Shown: piece after piece, positions 26,037-37,800 of the stretch
Position numbering within the stretch: the stretch's first letter is position 1
Layout: each line of letters opens with the position of its first letter
Source of the DNA: Amoebophrya sp. A120
Lineage: Eukaryota > Protista > Dinoflagellata
Direction: 5' to 3'
DNA: 64,000 nt
Assembly (NCBI GenBank): GCA_905178155.1
Contig: CAJINV010000004.1
Span: forward strand, 8,702,882 to 8,766,881
Notes under the pieces: model-generated
Database searches by the model: none
What the model was told of the DNA's origin: nothing
The model's input: only the letters and a program-made list of their open reading frames with translations
Program-made: the position numbers and the translations under genes

Positions 26037-29000
26037 TCACTGTAGACATTCCTCCCACATGGCCAACAGCTCGTCGATCTTTTCCTTTATCAAAGTGAAA
26101 AAAGCCCCCACCCCCTATCGGAAACGGAAGATGCGCGAATTTGTGATGCTGTATTTGAGTACACAAATCAACTTGTATTGCTGGAAAGCCAAGAGACGAA
26201 GCTGCGGCCTAAATTGCAGGCAATCTGTCATGCTGTTTCCCACTTCCAGTTGCCTCGTGTCATCCTGGAGCTGCAAGGCTTTCCCACGCTAGACAGCACT
26301 ACAGTCCGCATCTTTTGCCTTCGAGCATCACAGAGCTCATTTGTGACCACAAATCTGCATCACAGATTTCCGTTTTAATATGGGGAGGGGGCATTTTTCA
26401 TTGTCATATCCTTGGTAACGTGTTCCATGGTGAAGACGTGGATGTTATCAAATGCAAATATGTCTGGGTCTGAAAGGATGCGAACTTGTGATGCATCTTG
26501 CGGACCGTACAACAATCTGTGTTGCGTGACTTGCAAAAGGTGCCCATTTCTGTCCATGCTGAGAGGGTATTTCTCTTGCAGAACAGGCATCACCGAGGGG
26601 CTGCAGATCCTGTGATGCTAGCCCCTGCATTCCAGACTTGGTGGAGCTTGGATAAACTGCATCACAAATCTCCGAATCTTCCAGACCCAGACAATTTTGC
26701 ATTTGATATATGTGGCCGTGCTTCTCCGCCTTGTCCTTGCTGGTCACCTGCACATACTCGGGGAAGGGCGCCAGATGGAACTTTTGGAACAGCTCCTTCG
26801 GCGGCACGGGGCACATGACGCACATCACTATCCCACAGAGAAAAGCTGGCAGGGCATAATTTTTGTATAATGCAAAAATAAACACACAGAAAAATCTGTC
26901 ACGGGCTGCCTCATAGCATGCTGGTTAGGATACGCAATACAGATTTTTTTGTGTATTTATTTTTGCATTACAAATGTGGCCCGCCAGTTTTTTTCTGTGT
27001 GATAATCACTCCCGGCGGGTGCCACGCATCGAAGGGAAGCGCGTTTTTCCACAAGTTTATTATGCATTGCAAATATGTTGTCTGGGTCTGGAAACCTGTG
27101 ATGCTGCGTGACGTATCATGAGGAGGTCACAAGTGCTGGCTCAGCATGACAAGTTTCTCAGCCTTTGCGTGTTGCCTATTCTGCATGACAAACTGCGTTT
27201 CTGCATGACAGAAAAGCGGGGCTCTTGGGTAGCCTGCATGACAGATTTAAGAGTCATGCCAGACAAGCATGACAAACATGCATTCTTCCAGACCCAGACA
27301 TTTTTGCATTTGATATTGATTTTTCTTGTACAAGAAGATGAATTTGAGTCAACATCGCGACCACACAAGAACTTCTCGCCGTGGTGCCTCCTCTTGTTCA
27401 ACTCCGTAACAAAATAATCCGCGGTTTCCAGGCAGGTCCTCTATGCAATGCAAAAGCATCGCACTCGTGTTGCAATCATGCATTACAAATCTTTTTCTGA
27501 GGACAAATCCGCATTACAAAAATTTCCTTTCTCATGCTGAGGAAATTTGTAATGCATTTGTACGAGTACGATACTTTTGCAGTGCATATCCTCGTTCTTT
27601 CCACCATGTTTTCGAAGAAATTCTTTTCCATCAACTCCTTCAGCACGATGAAGGGCGCTAGCCCGTTCCGGGACCCCGTCAAGGTGGTGTCCGGCGACCC
27701 GATGTAATCGACGTAGTGGTGCTCCCGCATGGCCTTCATGCGGCACTGCCGCAGCAAGTAGATCGAGCAGGGGAACGGAGTATCAAATGCAAAAGCGCCT
27801 TGGTCTGGAAGATTGCAACTTGTCATGCTGTTTTTGGACTCTAAAAAAATTTGTATTGCATGACCAGCAAGAGGGGTGCAATTTGTGCTACACGGACAGG
27901 GCATTTCTCATGCGGAAGGTGCATCAGGAAGCCCTCTAAAAGCCTGCGGTGCTAGGGCATGCATTACAGGCGTCATGGGTCATGCAAAATATGCATGACA
28001 AACCTGGCAATCTTCCAGACCCAGACATTCTTGCAGTTCATACGGCGTCCCCATACGCTTGTGGAAACTGGTGGTCTGGGAATCGACGAGCTCGTTGCTC
28101 ACGTCGCAGTCTTTGTAGTAAGGCCGGCCTTCCAGAAGGTCGTGGCCCGTTGAACAAGTGTCTACCTCTTGCCGCGACCCAAGATGCAGTTGCAGTTCAG
28201 CTTCTCGTGTAGACGTTTTGGCATTCAAGAACGGCGTGATAAATCCCCCGAGGGCTGCGTCCAGGTGGATGAAAACCCGGCTCCGCTTTAACTGCAAATC
28301 CTTGTACAGCACTTCCGCCAGTGCCGTCACGTCGTCGATCGCGCCCGTGCGGACGGACCCGCTGCACGCAACCAGGATAAAGGCCGGGGTGAAAGAGAAC
28401 TCGTGCTCCTCCTGCTGCGCAGCAGAAGTCGTACAACAACTTCCCGTGTCGCCGGCAACATCGTGATGATTCGGTAACCAACCACCAGCCGCGGAAACCT
28501 TCTCCTGCACTTTTCGCCGCAGGTCTTCCGGGTCCATCCGGCCCTCCGCGTCCACCTCGATTAACAAAGCCTCCACGCCCACCAGGTCGGCGGCTTTGGT
28601 GACGCTGTAGTGCGAGTCCGCCGCGCAGAGGCAGAAGATACGAAGTTGGGGACGGCAATAGGAAGAGTTGTTGATAGTTGTACTAGTTTTCATCTCTTTT
28701 TCAACATCTTCTGCTTCCTGTTGCCACATCTGCTGCAGCCAGCGGCGCGCGTTGTAGATCGCAAAGATGTTGGACTCGGACGAGCCGTGGGCTATGTAGC
28801 CCCAGAACCTTTCCGGGTCATCAACCCGGTACAGCATTTTACACAGCAAATTGATCGCCTGCGCCTCCTCGTCAAAGGTTTGGACGTACGCGTTTTTGCC
28901 CGTGTACGGGTCCCCCAAATTGTTGCAGCAGTTGCCCAACAGGGGCCAGTACTTCGTTAAATGGTGCACGTTGAGATTCATTTGGATCCCGAGGCAGTTT

Positions 29001-29167
29001 TTGCTCTCGGCAACGTTTTTTTCGTAAAACTTGGCTGCGGACGGGTCGGCGGCGGGAGGTGTTGGTGACGAGAGCTGGTCTCGCTGCTCATTCTTGTCAG
29101 GCCACTCGGTTGTACTATCCTCGACTACCTCGAGGGGGGCAACGAAAGAACGACGGACCGCACCCAT
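26037..29167 (-). CDS. PLP-dependent decarboxylase, diverged paralog 4 with six introner introns
   Basis: Same motifs; ATG at 29167, TGA at 26037-26039; collinear with copy 1 once six TAT...ATA inserts are removed. Confidence 0.85.
26088..26408 (-). mobile_element. Introner family II
   Basis: tatcaaagtgaaaaagccccc...gggggcatttttcattgtcata; direct repeat tcctt. Confidence 0.88.
26446..26708 (-). mobile_element. Introner family I
   Basis: tatcaaatgcaaatatgtctgggtctg...cagacccagacaattttgcatttgata; repeats gatgt/tatgt. Confidence 0.88.
26829..27004 (-). mobile_element. Introner family III (nearly full-length hairpin)
   Basis: tatcccacagagaaaagctggc...gccagtttttttctgtgtgata plus inner IR; direct repeat atcac. 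Confidence 0.88.
27061..27315 (-). mobile_element. Introner family I
   Basis: tatgcattgcaaa...gtctgggtctggaa / ttccagacccagac...tgcatttgata; repeats tttat/ttgat. Confidence 0.88.
27442..27588 (-). mobile_element. Introner family IV
   Basis: tatgcaatgcaaaagcatcgcactcgt / acgagtacgatacttttgcagtgcata; direct repeat tcctc. Confidence 0.88.
27781..28042 (-). mobile_element. Introner family I
   Basis: tatcaaatgcaaaa...ggtctggaa / ttccagacc...tgcagttcata; repeats cggag/cggcg. Confidence 0.88.
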
Positions 29168-30141
29168 GGTTTTACTTTAGTAATCGTCTTCTATGTGATG
29201 TACTAGGCGCTTGCTCTAACTAGCAATTTTTATTCGTGAATTGTACCACTAGATATGATTGCTTGAACTCCAACAGAAATTCCTTTAGATCAAGTGAGTC
29301 TTTCTCTACTTTAGCGCTGCGGAGTTCTTTTCATGCGAAGTAGTCTTTACGTTTTTCCGAAACTGTTAACATTAGCCGAGATCCTTTTGCAGACTCGATG
29401 CGTCCAGCAAAAAAACACTGTTGTTGAATTGAAAAGAAAACCTATGGGCCGATGACTGTGTGCAGAAGATTCATCACGGGTCCCGACTTATTTCTCAAGC
29501 CAACCGACTACAGGCGCGCAGAATTCTTCGGCATGGAGCACCTTGCGCTGATTTTTCAATTTCGCAGTTTTCTTGTTGATCCGGTGGTCTTTCCATTTTC
29601 GATATTGATCCGAATTTCTACGAGGCGCGGTTTGCGGTAATTCGTTAGAAAGTCCATGCAGATTACAACCGATCAGCTAGATGTGATCAAGACGCGAAGA
29701 ACCGACAACATTTGAAAGCGTCAGTGTACAGTTCTTTTCTATCGATTGGATACCACAACAACGTCTTGTCTTCATTGGGGCTTGCTTACAACAACAACAA
29801 CAAAAATGAAAGCGCGGAACGCAGCTGGAAGCGCCGCACGCAGTTGCGCCATGTTGTTCTTTTCTGGGTTGATAAAGTCGCCTGCGTCGCCGCGAAGGAA
29901 ATGATAAAATAAAATGTCCTTTAACACTCTGACTCAATAAATGAAGATGAACTGTCGTGGCTGTGCAGCGTCGCTAATTTGCATGCTGTTCGCGGAAACT
30001 CGAGACGACAGCGCGACTTTGGTAGGTGTCGAAATATCTTTTGGGGGATCGAAACTTTTTTTTTGCACGAAGCAGCTCTTTCAAGATCACAGACCCCTGC
30101 TTACCGCTCCGGTTGTCGCCTTGGAGGCGCCGGTTTTCTCT

Positions 30142-31893
30142 TCAGTTCCTAGCTGTTACTTCGCAGGTATGAACTATGGTATCCAGCAAATAGTGCGTGA
30201 TCGCGATGCAACTGGACCCAAGCAACCCCACATCAGAGAGCCGCACACCCTGAATGGCCTCGATGTTTGCTTTCGAACACGCGTTGCACTCGTCTACTGC
30301 CCGATCTTGGTTGAACAGGCCGTGTAGCATTACTTCATAATTACGAAAACCAGGACAAAGCGGAATGCCCTCGTGGTCTCCGAGCAGCAAGACGTGGTCT
30401 TTTGCACAGCCATCCGAAGATAAAAGTTCCTCTTCTTCCCGCCTATTCGCTCCTTCATTTGCCGACGCTCCTTCATCTGCCGACGTCTGGCTGTCGTCTT
30501 GTGCGAAAATAAGTGCTTCATCTTGCGAAGTAGTAGCCCCCGAAGTAGAAGATACAACTTGCTTTCTGCTGCGGGCCGCGGTAGTACTATTTCTAATTGC
30601 TCCCACCTCTGTGCCCCCTGCTCTACTTTTCGACGCCGCGGGTTGTACTACTTCCCTTCGTAACCACTCTTCCAGAGGCGGGTACTTTTTTTCTTCATCT
30701 AGGAACAGAATTTTTCTTCGCCCCGCATCTTCCAATCGGAACACGGACCGCAAGCCTCCCACCGTGCGGGATCTGGCGGCAGAGAGGAGCGGCTGAAGGT
30801 GGTGCGAAGAAAGTGCAGCAGCTCCGGGGGGCATCTTCGTGGCTCCTTTGGTCTTGCTGTTGGACTTTGAAGATATTGCCGGTGGTTGATCATTCTCAGA
30901 ACCGTTATTTTCAGTGAAATAACTCGATGCAGCCGTTGTCAAAAACTTCGCAATCCAGGCTTCCGACATGGCCTTGACGTCCGACGCCTTGATTCGGTAG
31001 TACCCCTCATACGCCCAAATGTCGAATACCACGTTTCGGCGCTTGCCGTGCCCCGTGAAAAAGGCCTGCTGGATCATGCGCGCGAGAACGTCCGGCCGCA
31101 GGGACTTCCTCTTCACACCCGTCGCCGCTTCAACACACAGATTCTCTTCCTGCAGGCGCTGCAACACCGACAAAGGGCTGGTGTTGTCATGTTGGTCCTG
31201 CTCCCGTTTTATTTTGGAGGCAGCACTTTTGCTAATTGTGCTTTCCTTCCGCAGCCATTTGTGTGGCGCGAAGAGAAGAAAATGTCGCGCGCCACAATGT
31301 GCCCGCTGTCCCGGGGAACATCGCAGCACGGCCGAGGAATTATGGGGTCGTGTTGTCGGGGGCCTCGTCAAAAATGCCGAGATATTCTTAGAGGAATTAG
31401 GTGCACTACTGCCAGTAGTATTTTTGTCGCCTATTATCGAATAATCTGTTTGTTCACAATCTTCATTTCCCCCATAGAGGTACAACTCGTGCTGCAGCTC
31501 GGGACAGTGCTTCTCGAAGTGCCCGGTCTGGCCGCAACAGCGACAGGTCATGCGCAGTGCTTCCGGGCAGTCCCGCGCGTAGTGGCCGGGCTGGTGGCAA
31601 TTGTCGCAGAAAATGACCCTCCGTTGTAGATCTTTCTTTCGCGGCTTGGCGTCTGTTTGCGGACCATGGACGAGAGGCTTCGGCTCGGCGTCGCTTGTCG
31701 GTTGTACTTTCACCGCCTCAACATCTTCACCCAGGTTTTCAACATCTTCACGAGTGGCGACGATGGTCGGTGCAGAATTTATGTTCCGAGCAGTTGTAGT
31801 CCCGACCGTTTCTTTTTCAAACTTGGCTACCGCACTTGATGTTTGCCACGAAACATCAACGAGAAGCGCGGGATAGGGGATCGACGCCACCAT
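30142..31893 (-). CDS. Two CCHC zinc knuckles fused to a TrmY-like SPOUT methyltransferase (tRNA pseudouridine-N1 methyltransferase family)
   Basis: CDNCHQPGHYARDC and CRCCGQTGHFEKHC; RPDVLARMIQQAFFTGHGKRRNV, LLLGDHEGI, VRLSDVGLLGSSCIAITHYLLD resemble TrmY motifs. Confidence 0.7.
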   Translation of the reverse strand: MVASIPYPALLVDVSWQTSSAVAKFEKETVGTTTARNINSAPTIVATREDVENLGEDVEAVKVQPTSDAEPKPLVHGPQTDAKPRKKDLQRRVIFCDNCHQPGHYARDCPEALRMTCRCCGQTGHFEKHCPELQHELYLYGGNEDCEQTDYSIIGDKNTTGSSAPNSSKNISAFLTRPPTTRPHNSSAVLRCSPGQRAHCGARHFLLFAPHKWLRKESTISKSAASKIKREQDQHDNTSPLSVLQRLQEENLCVEAATGVKRKSLRPDVLARMIQQAFFTGHGKRRNVVFDIWAYEGYYRIKASDVKAMSEAWIAKFLTTAASSYFTENNGSENDQPPAISSKSNSKTKGATKMPPGAAALSSHHLQPLLSAARSRTVGGLRSVFRLEDAGRRKILFLDEEKKYPPLEEWLRREVVQPAASKSRAGGTEVGAIRNSTTAARSRKQVVSSTSGATTSQDEALIFAQDDSQTSADEGASANEGANRREEEELLSSDGCAKDHVLLLGDHEGIPLCPGFRNYEVMLHGLFNQDRAVDECNACSKANIEAIQGVRLSDVGLLGSSCIAITHYLLDTIVHTCEVTARN

Positions 31894-33646
31894 ATTTCTT
31901 TTGAAGTACTTGCAACCCTTTCCGAAGTAGTAGCAGATGGCTCGTGCTGTCCCCTCGCGGGGGTGCTGAGGTCTAATAAAGTCGTTGAAACATTATCTCC
32001 GTGATAAGGAGTGGTATTAAAAACGACAAACTAGCGGCTCATAGAAATTTCTGCCCTGTTGGTTTTTGTGGAAGTGGACCACGGTCGTTAGTTGAATTGT
32101 ATACTGGACGGTAGTTGTGCCACGAACATCTTCGTGGGTACAACTAAGTACCTACTCCCGCGGGTTCCGCGTAGTGGTAGTACATGAGGAGGACAGTAGG
32201 GAAAATAAAAAACATTGGAAAAAATTCTCCGCTTCTGATCTTACCCTTGTTCAGCTCAGTTGCAATTTTGATCCACCGCACAAATTTCCTTTTCAACATC
32301 TAACAAAGGAACTCAATTTTTCTTTTTTCGACCCCGTTTGAGCGCCGCAGCAGCGTGACGCCGTGCTAAATTTTGAACGCGCACGCGCAGGGAAGATGCG
32401 TGGCCAGTTTCGGCGGCCTCAGAGAACCTGGTCGCCCGACCCTTGTGGCCGAGCACTGCGAATGCAGCACGAGGGGGGCGAAGCACGCACGGCGGAACGA
32501 AGGATCGCCCGGAGTGCTGCAACGAGCGCTGCCCGCATGAGCGACGGGCGGGTGCCTCGAGGATGAGCCGTGACCTGCGGTGGCACGCGGGGCAGCGTTT
32601 CAGCTCGTATGCCGTGGATGCCCACGGCAAAATTCCGGAACGCCATGCCGCGCAGCTGTTCCATGGCGCGGACGTCAGTAGAAGCTAGTAACCCGACCTG
32701 CCTGCTGCGCTTGGATCACAAAACAGCGTCAAGGGGGGGCGCCTTGCGTCCGAAACCGACTGCCCCGGGGGGCGCGGGCTTGCCCGAATTCCAAACAGGC
32801 GGCCGGCCCTGCGCGCATCCGCAAGAAAGTCGCGCGCCGCTCCCGGAACGCAACATCGGCCGCCCGGCGCCGCGGGCCGTGCAGGAAGATATGGCCTTGG
32901 TCTCACGGATGAATAACGCCTCCCGCGGTAGGGGGCCGCGCCGCCTTCGGCCGTCGTGCTTCTTGCCGCACGCATCCAGAGGCCAAGGCGCTTGCCGCAG
33001 CGGGGGCGGGCCGCCAGCAGCCCGCGGCGCGGGTTGCGGCGTGGTTGCCCGGGGCCAGATTCCAGCGCGCAAGTCGATCACGCACCCGGTTCGCCACGCC
33101 CGGTCCGTCGCGTTGCCGATCCTCCGCGCTAGGAGCCGACCGGGTCCACCCCCGTGGTTGCTGCGGTGCTTTGTGGGTGCGTAGCATTTTGCGAAGCCGC
33201 TTGGACATGGGTCCGGCTGCGGATTATGCAGCGCCGCTGCCTCCGGCCCGTTTTCCATGAATTGGGCATGGTAGGATGCATCACAGGAGGACTTTGTTCA
33301 TTTTTCAATTTTTTCAAGAACTTCCCAGATTTTCACAATATGGTGGAATCTGGATGATTGTGCTACGAGCCACGGTCCGCGCCAGCAGTTCCTGTATTTT
33401 CTTTTATCCCAACAGCCAATCCAATACCATGCAATGCTTATTTTTCCTATTTTTTGACTTTTTCAAATTTTGAAAAATTCGTGCGATGATCATACCCCTG
33501 AATTTTCTCGCCAATATTGGCAATGAAAATGGTCTACTGTATGAAATTGCAGGATCTTTTCAGTTTATAATGCGGAATATATTTTTAGTGATAAATTCAC
33601 GGCATTTTTGAGCTGTGAAAAAATTTCAAAATTTTTTCAATGTCAA

Positions 33647-34654
33647 CGCTACTTTGTGAAGTAGTGTGTCGTCGTGAGATGCTGAGAGGAGAAGAGGGCA
33701 AGCGAGGAATTTGGTGCGTGAGCTTTTTGAAATTTGGAGCGCTTGACACGAGAGTGTCTGGCTTGAAAGAATCGCACGGGAAACAACTCTCATGAACAAA
33801 TCAACTTTTGAGCCAAAGCCTGTAGCTGCACTGCTTGTTTTTTTGGGGAACGTGAAAAAATCTACCTGCACAGGGCCTCCTTGTGCGTTTCTGCATGAAA
33901 ATCTGCTTACTAGTACCGCTGTGGTGTTCCGACTTCGATATCTGCATTTTGAGTACACAGCTTTACTATTCTAAGATCGGTCGGCCATGCCTTCTAGTCC
34001 CGCGCGCGTCGCGTCCGTCAGCGATCATTTCTGCTACGAAAATATCTGTCATTCTAGTTACGGCCCTTCTCTTTACGAAATTTGCACCGATCTCGACGAC
34101 CGCACTGATTTTCTCTGGGATCGCACTTACAAGATAGGAACAGAACAACAGGACCTGTTAGCCCGCGTTACCCGCCTTGAGAAAGAAGCATCAGACTTGA
34201 AGCACGCCACGCCCGTAATCTCGGTTGCAAAAGTTTTACAGCGTCTGTCTTCCCGCATTCTGCCACGCAAATAAATCAGATTCTAAGTACAAACACGACG
34301 AGAATCTAGTACAAGCCTAGGGGTTCTACTTTTTTTTCTACTTAGCAAATCCGCCTGTCACGATGAGGAGCGCGCGAGAGAAGCGAGTAGTTGTTCCTGC
34401 CGCAGCACCATTCTTCTTCATCTTGATTTGTTACACTTTGGCGTCTGCTTTTGTGTCCATTGTTTCCGGAATCTGCTTCCATGCAAAGACGAAAAATCAA
34501 AGTACACACACGGGGATCCTACTAGAGCTGAACCTAGAACCAGAGGCGTCGGGTCGTCATGTCTTCCTATTCTCGAGCTCGCGACGCCCTATCTTAGATC
34601 CGTATTCTGTTAGAGGCGACGACGAAGGGGCTACAGGCATACTTTACTTTAACG
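33647..34654 (+). repeat. 5' LTR (cgctac...ttaacg)
   Basis: About 98% identical to 53639-54646 (about 20 substitutions counted by eye, no indels). Confidence 0.95.
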
Positions 34655-34674
34655 CGGCACCCCTGACGGGACTC
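34655..34674 (+). promoter_or_regulatory. Putative tRNA primer-binding site (tRNA-Arg-like)
   Basis: cggcacccctgacgggactc directly follows the LTR; reverse complement gagtcccgtcaggggtg-ccg resembles a tRNA T-stem/acceptor 3' end, with CGG instead of TGG. Confidence 0.55.
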
Positions 34675-34869
34675 TCACCCAATGAAGTCCTTATGCATCA
34701 CTTACAAAACGAAAACTTTTTCAAATATTTCCACCCACCCAATTTCATAGGAAGCAACTTACTTACCTCTAAAGCACTACTTACTGTCGGAGCACCACAG
34801 CGGAGCGCTAAAAACTTTTTTCTTTTTTCACACTTTTGGGGCGTTCAGATCCAGAAAAGAAATCCCGAT

Positions 34870-37800
34870 ATGTCGGGAATTGACTGGTCGGCCTTTCCTA
34901 CCCGCGCGCAGCTCGAGCGGCAGCGAGCAACCAGGCGGCGCATCGGGTTTGTTGAAGGTCTTAACGAGAACACGCGCTGCATCTTCATCCGGAGAGAGCG
35001 GTTTTTTGCGACCCTCGGATCCGTTGATGATGGTGCAAACGCCGACGAATGGATCTGCGTCCGGTGCGTCTCCGGCAAGACTTTTTCTGCAGTAGAAATT
35101 TCCGTCGCGGGGGAGGAAAACCGCGTCGAGCTGCCCACCTGGATCCAGTGCATTATTACCACCGGAGGAAATCCGCCCGTCAAGCGAATCGCGTCGCACT
35201 TCGTCAAGTGCCGCAGCCTCCTGATCTACTTCCCCCGCGCTTCTACACCCCAAGACCGACTGTCTTTTTGCCGCGACATCGCGACCCGCTTTGGTCTCGA
35301 CAACCCGCAAATTGTGACGATGGACGCGCGCTTTGAAGCAGGAGCACAAGGAATCTTCAACACCGCCGGGGAGTTGACCGATGTCGCGGTCGAAGCCTTT
35401 TCGCGCTTTGGAGTCTTTGACAAGATGGGGGACCACAAGTTTACCAGCGATAAGGACCTGATGTCCGAAGCGTCGCAGAAGATGGAATTTTGGGGGTTCG
35501 ACAGCGAAGGCGTTTTTTTGTCTGATTTGTGTGATGAAGAAGTGATCAAATCTATTTCCGACATTGACGCCATTGAGTCTGAGGCGTACGACGAAACCGG
35601 AAAGCTGATGGAGATTGCGATGACGCCCGAGCTCGTGGTCGTTGCCTCCCCGGAGAAAGCCCTGATGGGTACTACCTTGCAGGAGCGCCGCACCATTTCT
35701 AAGAACTTGCAGCCCCGCCTGCTCAATGACGACACTGCCTCGGTGATCCTCGACCCGGTCGACCCACCCGACTCCGTTATCGGAGACCCCGAGAACACCG
35801 TCTCCTCCGACTTGAAAGCCCTGATCACGTCGCTGAAGTACCCGTCCAAACCGAAGAACTTGCTCCCGATCGACGAATACGGCAACTTGCACCTCCCCCC
35901 GTCCCCACTGCCGAAGTCCCTCGCTGCGTCGCGATCCGCATCGAAAGCCGGTGGGGCGGGACCACTCGGAGGTACTGACTCTTCTGGCTCCGACAGTGAC
36001 GCGGTCGACAAAATTTACGCTGGCCTGCAGGAGATGCTTTTCGCGAACGACTTGTTTCCGGTCCGCGCGTGCAAGTACCTCGTCGAGTACGAAGGAACAA
36101 AAGATGATATTCCCCACGACAAGATGAGAGGAATCATGCAAAAAGTCGGAAAACTGCATGAGATTCCGGAGAAGCTCTTGCAGGTCCCGAAGGTTAAGAC
36201 AGGTGGAATTTTTGAGGACGGTCTCAAGTCCCTGCACCTCCCCTCCGACAGCGGGAAAAAGGACGGGCTACAGGTTTTGTTTCTCCAGAACCAGTCGCAG
36301 AATCGCACCTGCACCGACGAAGAGTTCAAGTCTTTCCCGAAACTTGCTATCAGCGGTTCCAACTACATCGCGGAGCGTGACGCCATCTGTCAATGGTTGT
36401 ACAACATCGCCGATGGCAGTTCAATCCGCGATAAAGCAGTGGTTTACTCGAAGGGGTTCTCCGCCATGCAGAGAATCAAAGGCGAAAAGGTTTCTGTGTG
36501 GGTCTCGTGCATGCGCATCGCGGACAACTTCAAAACCGAACCAACTTCGCGACGATTTGAAATTGGCTTCGAGATGGCGCTGGAGACCTTCCAGAGCGAC
36601 CAGTCGAACACCCACGACGGCGAATACATTGGTCTCTTCCGCGTCCTTGTCTCCAACGTCGACGATTATGTGAACAAAATCTTCGCCGAGGACGCTACCA
36701 GCTACCTGGAACTTTTGATGCAGTCGCGCATGATGTACCAAGCCCGCATGAAAATCGACAACGAAGCCCTGGCCGGGTACCGCATTGCAAAAGAAGAGCC
36801 ACGCGCTGTGCAAGACGTTTTTATCCGGCGCTGGCCCAAACTGAACGAAGGGCTCAACCACTGCTACGAACGCTGTGTGCGCAAGCACGAAAAACACCCG
36901 AGCCGGTTCATCGTCGCGGTGTACCACGCTGCTTTTGGAGTTTTGACCCTCCTCCGGAAGCACCAAGATACGATCAAGCCGCGCCCGAAGGAGATTGACT
37001 CCAAAACTTCTAAGGAGATCGCGCCGCACAATCGCATCAAGAAAAACTACTACATCCCCACAAACGACTACACGGAATCATCTTCCTCTTCTTCCGCGAA
37101 GGTAGTTGGTGCGTCTATGAAAAACGCCACTACGGGTGAGGAAGTCCCGGTCTATGACAACGACGACGGATACAGTTCTATGTACGACATCCCGGGAGTC
37201 TCTCCCGCGCCGTCCACGACCCCGGCTTTCCGCTTCAGCTGGGACGGAGATGCTGAAGAAGCGGTGGAGGCGAAGTTTGACCTTGCGATCGGTGACAGCA
37301 GTGATCTCCCCATCTGCCCGGTGGCGGAGGCAGACCGGTGGGATTTGAACAAGTATTCAACTCCCGAGTGCAAGGAGAAGGGTTGGTATCCCCGGTGGGA
37401 GATGCAGCGCGATGGCCAGCATTTTGTCTTCATCATCTATGACAACCGGTCCGACATCCGAAACCGAAAACTCGCGGGACCGGGACCGCTCCCGGGAAAC
37501 CTCTGTATCCTGGCGCTTTTTGGACAGTGCTTCGCGCACATGCGGTGCGGTTGTGCCCACTGGCAGCTCGAAGACTGGGCAGCAGAGGTTTTGCGCAAGC
37601 GCTGCATCGCCGATGGGTTCAAACCGCAAGAGGGCATCGAGCTGATTGCTTTCGCGTTCCACCTCCTTTTGTCGAACTCGAACCGCACATACCACAAGGA
37701 GTTCAAGGGCTTGTCGGTTAAGGACTGCTTCAAGATTGGCTCGGAGAAATACTCCATCAAGAACCCGCTGAAAATCGACCCGCGTACGAAAAAAGACGAC

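Noticed and set aside
34363-34869. N-terminal 169 aa of the 1193-aa ORF
   Set aside because: Starts within the LTR and crosses the PBS; more likely untranslated leader
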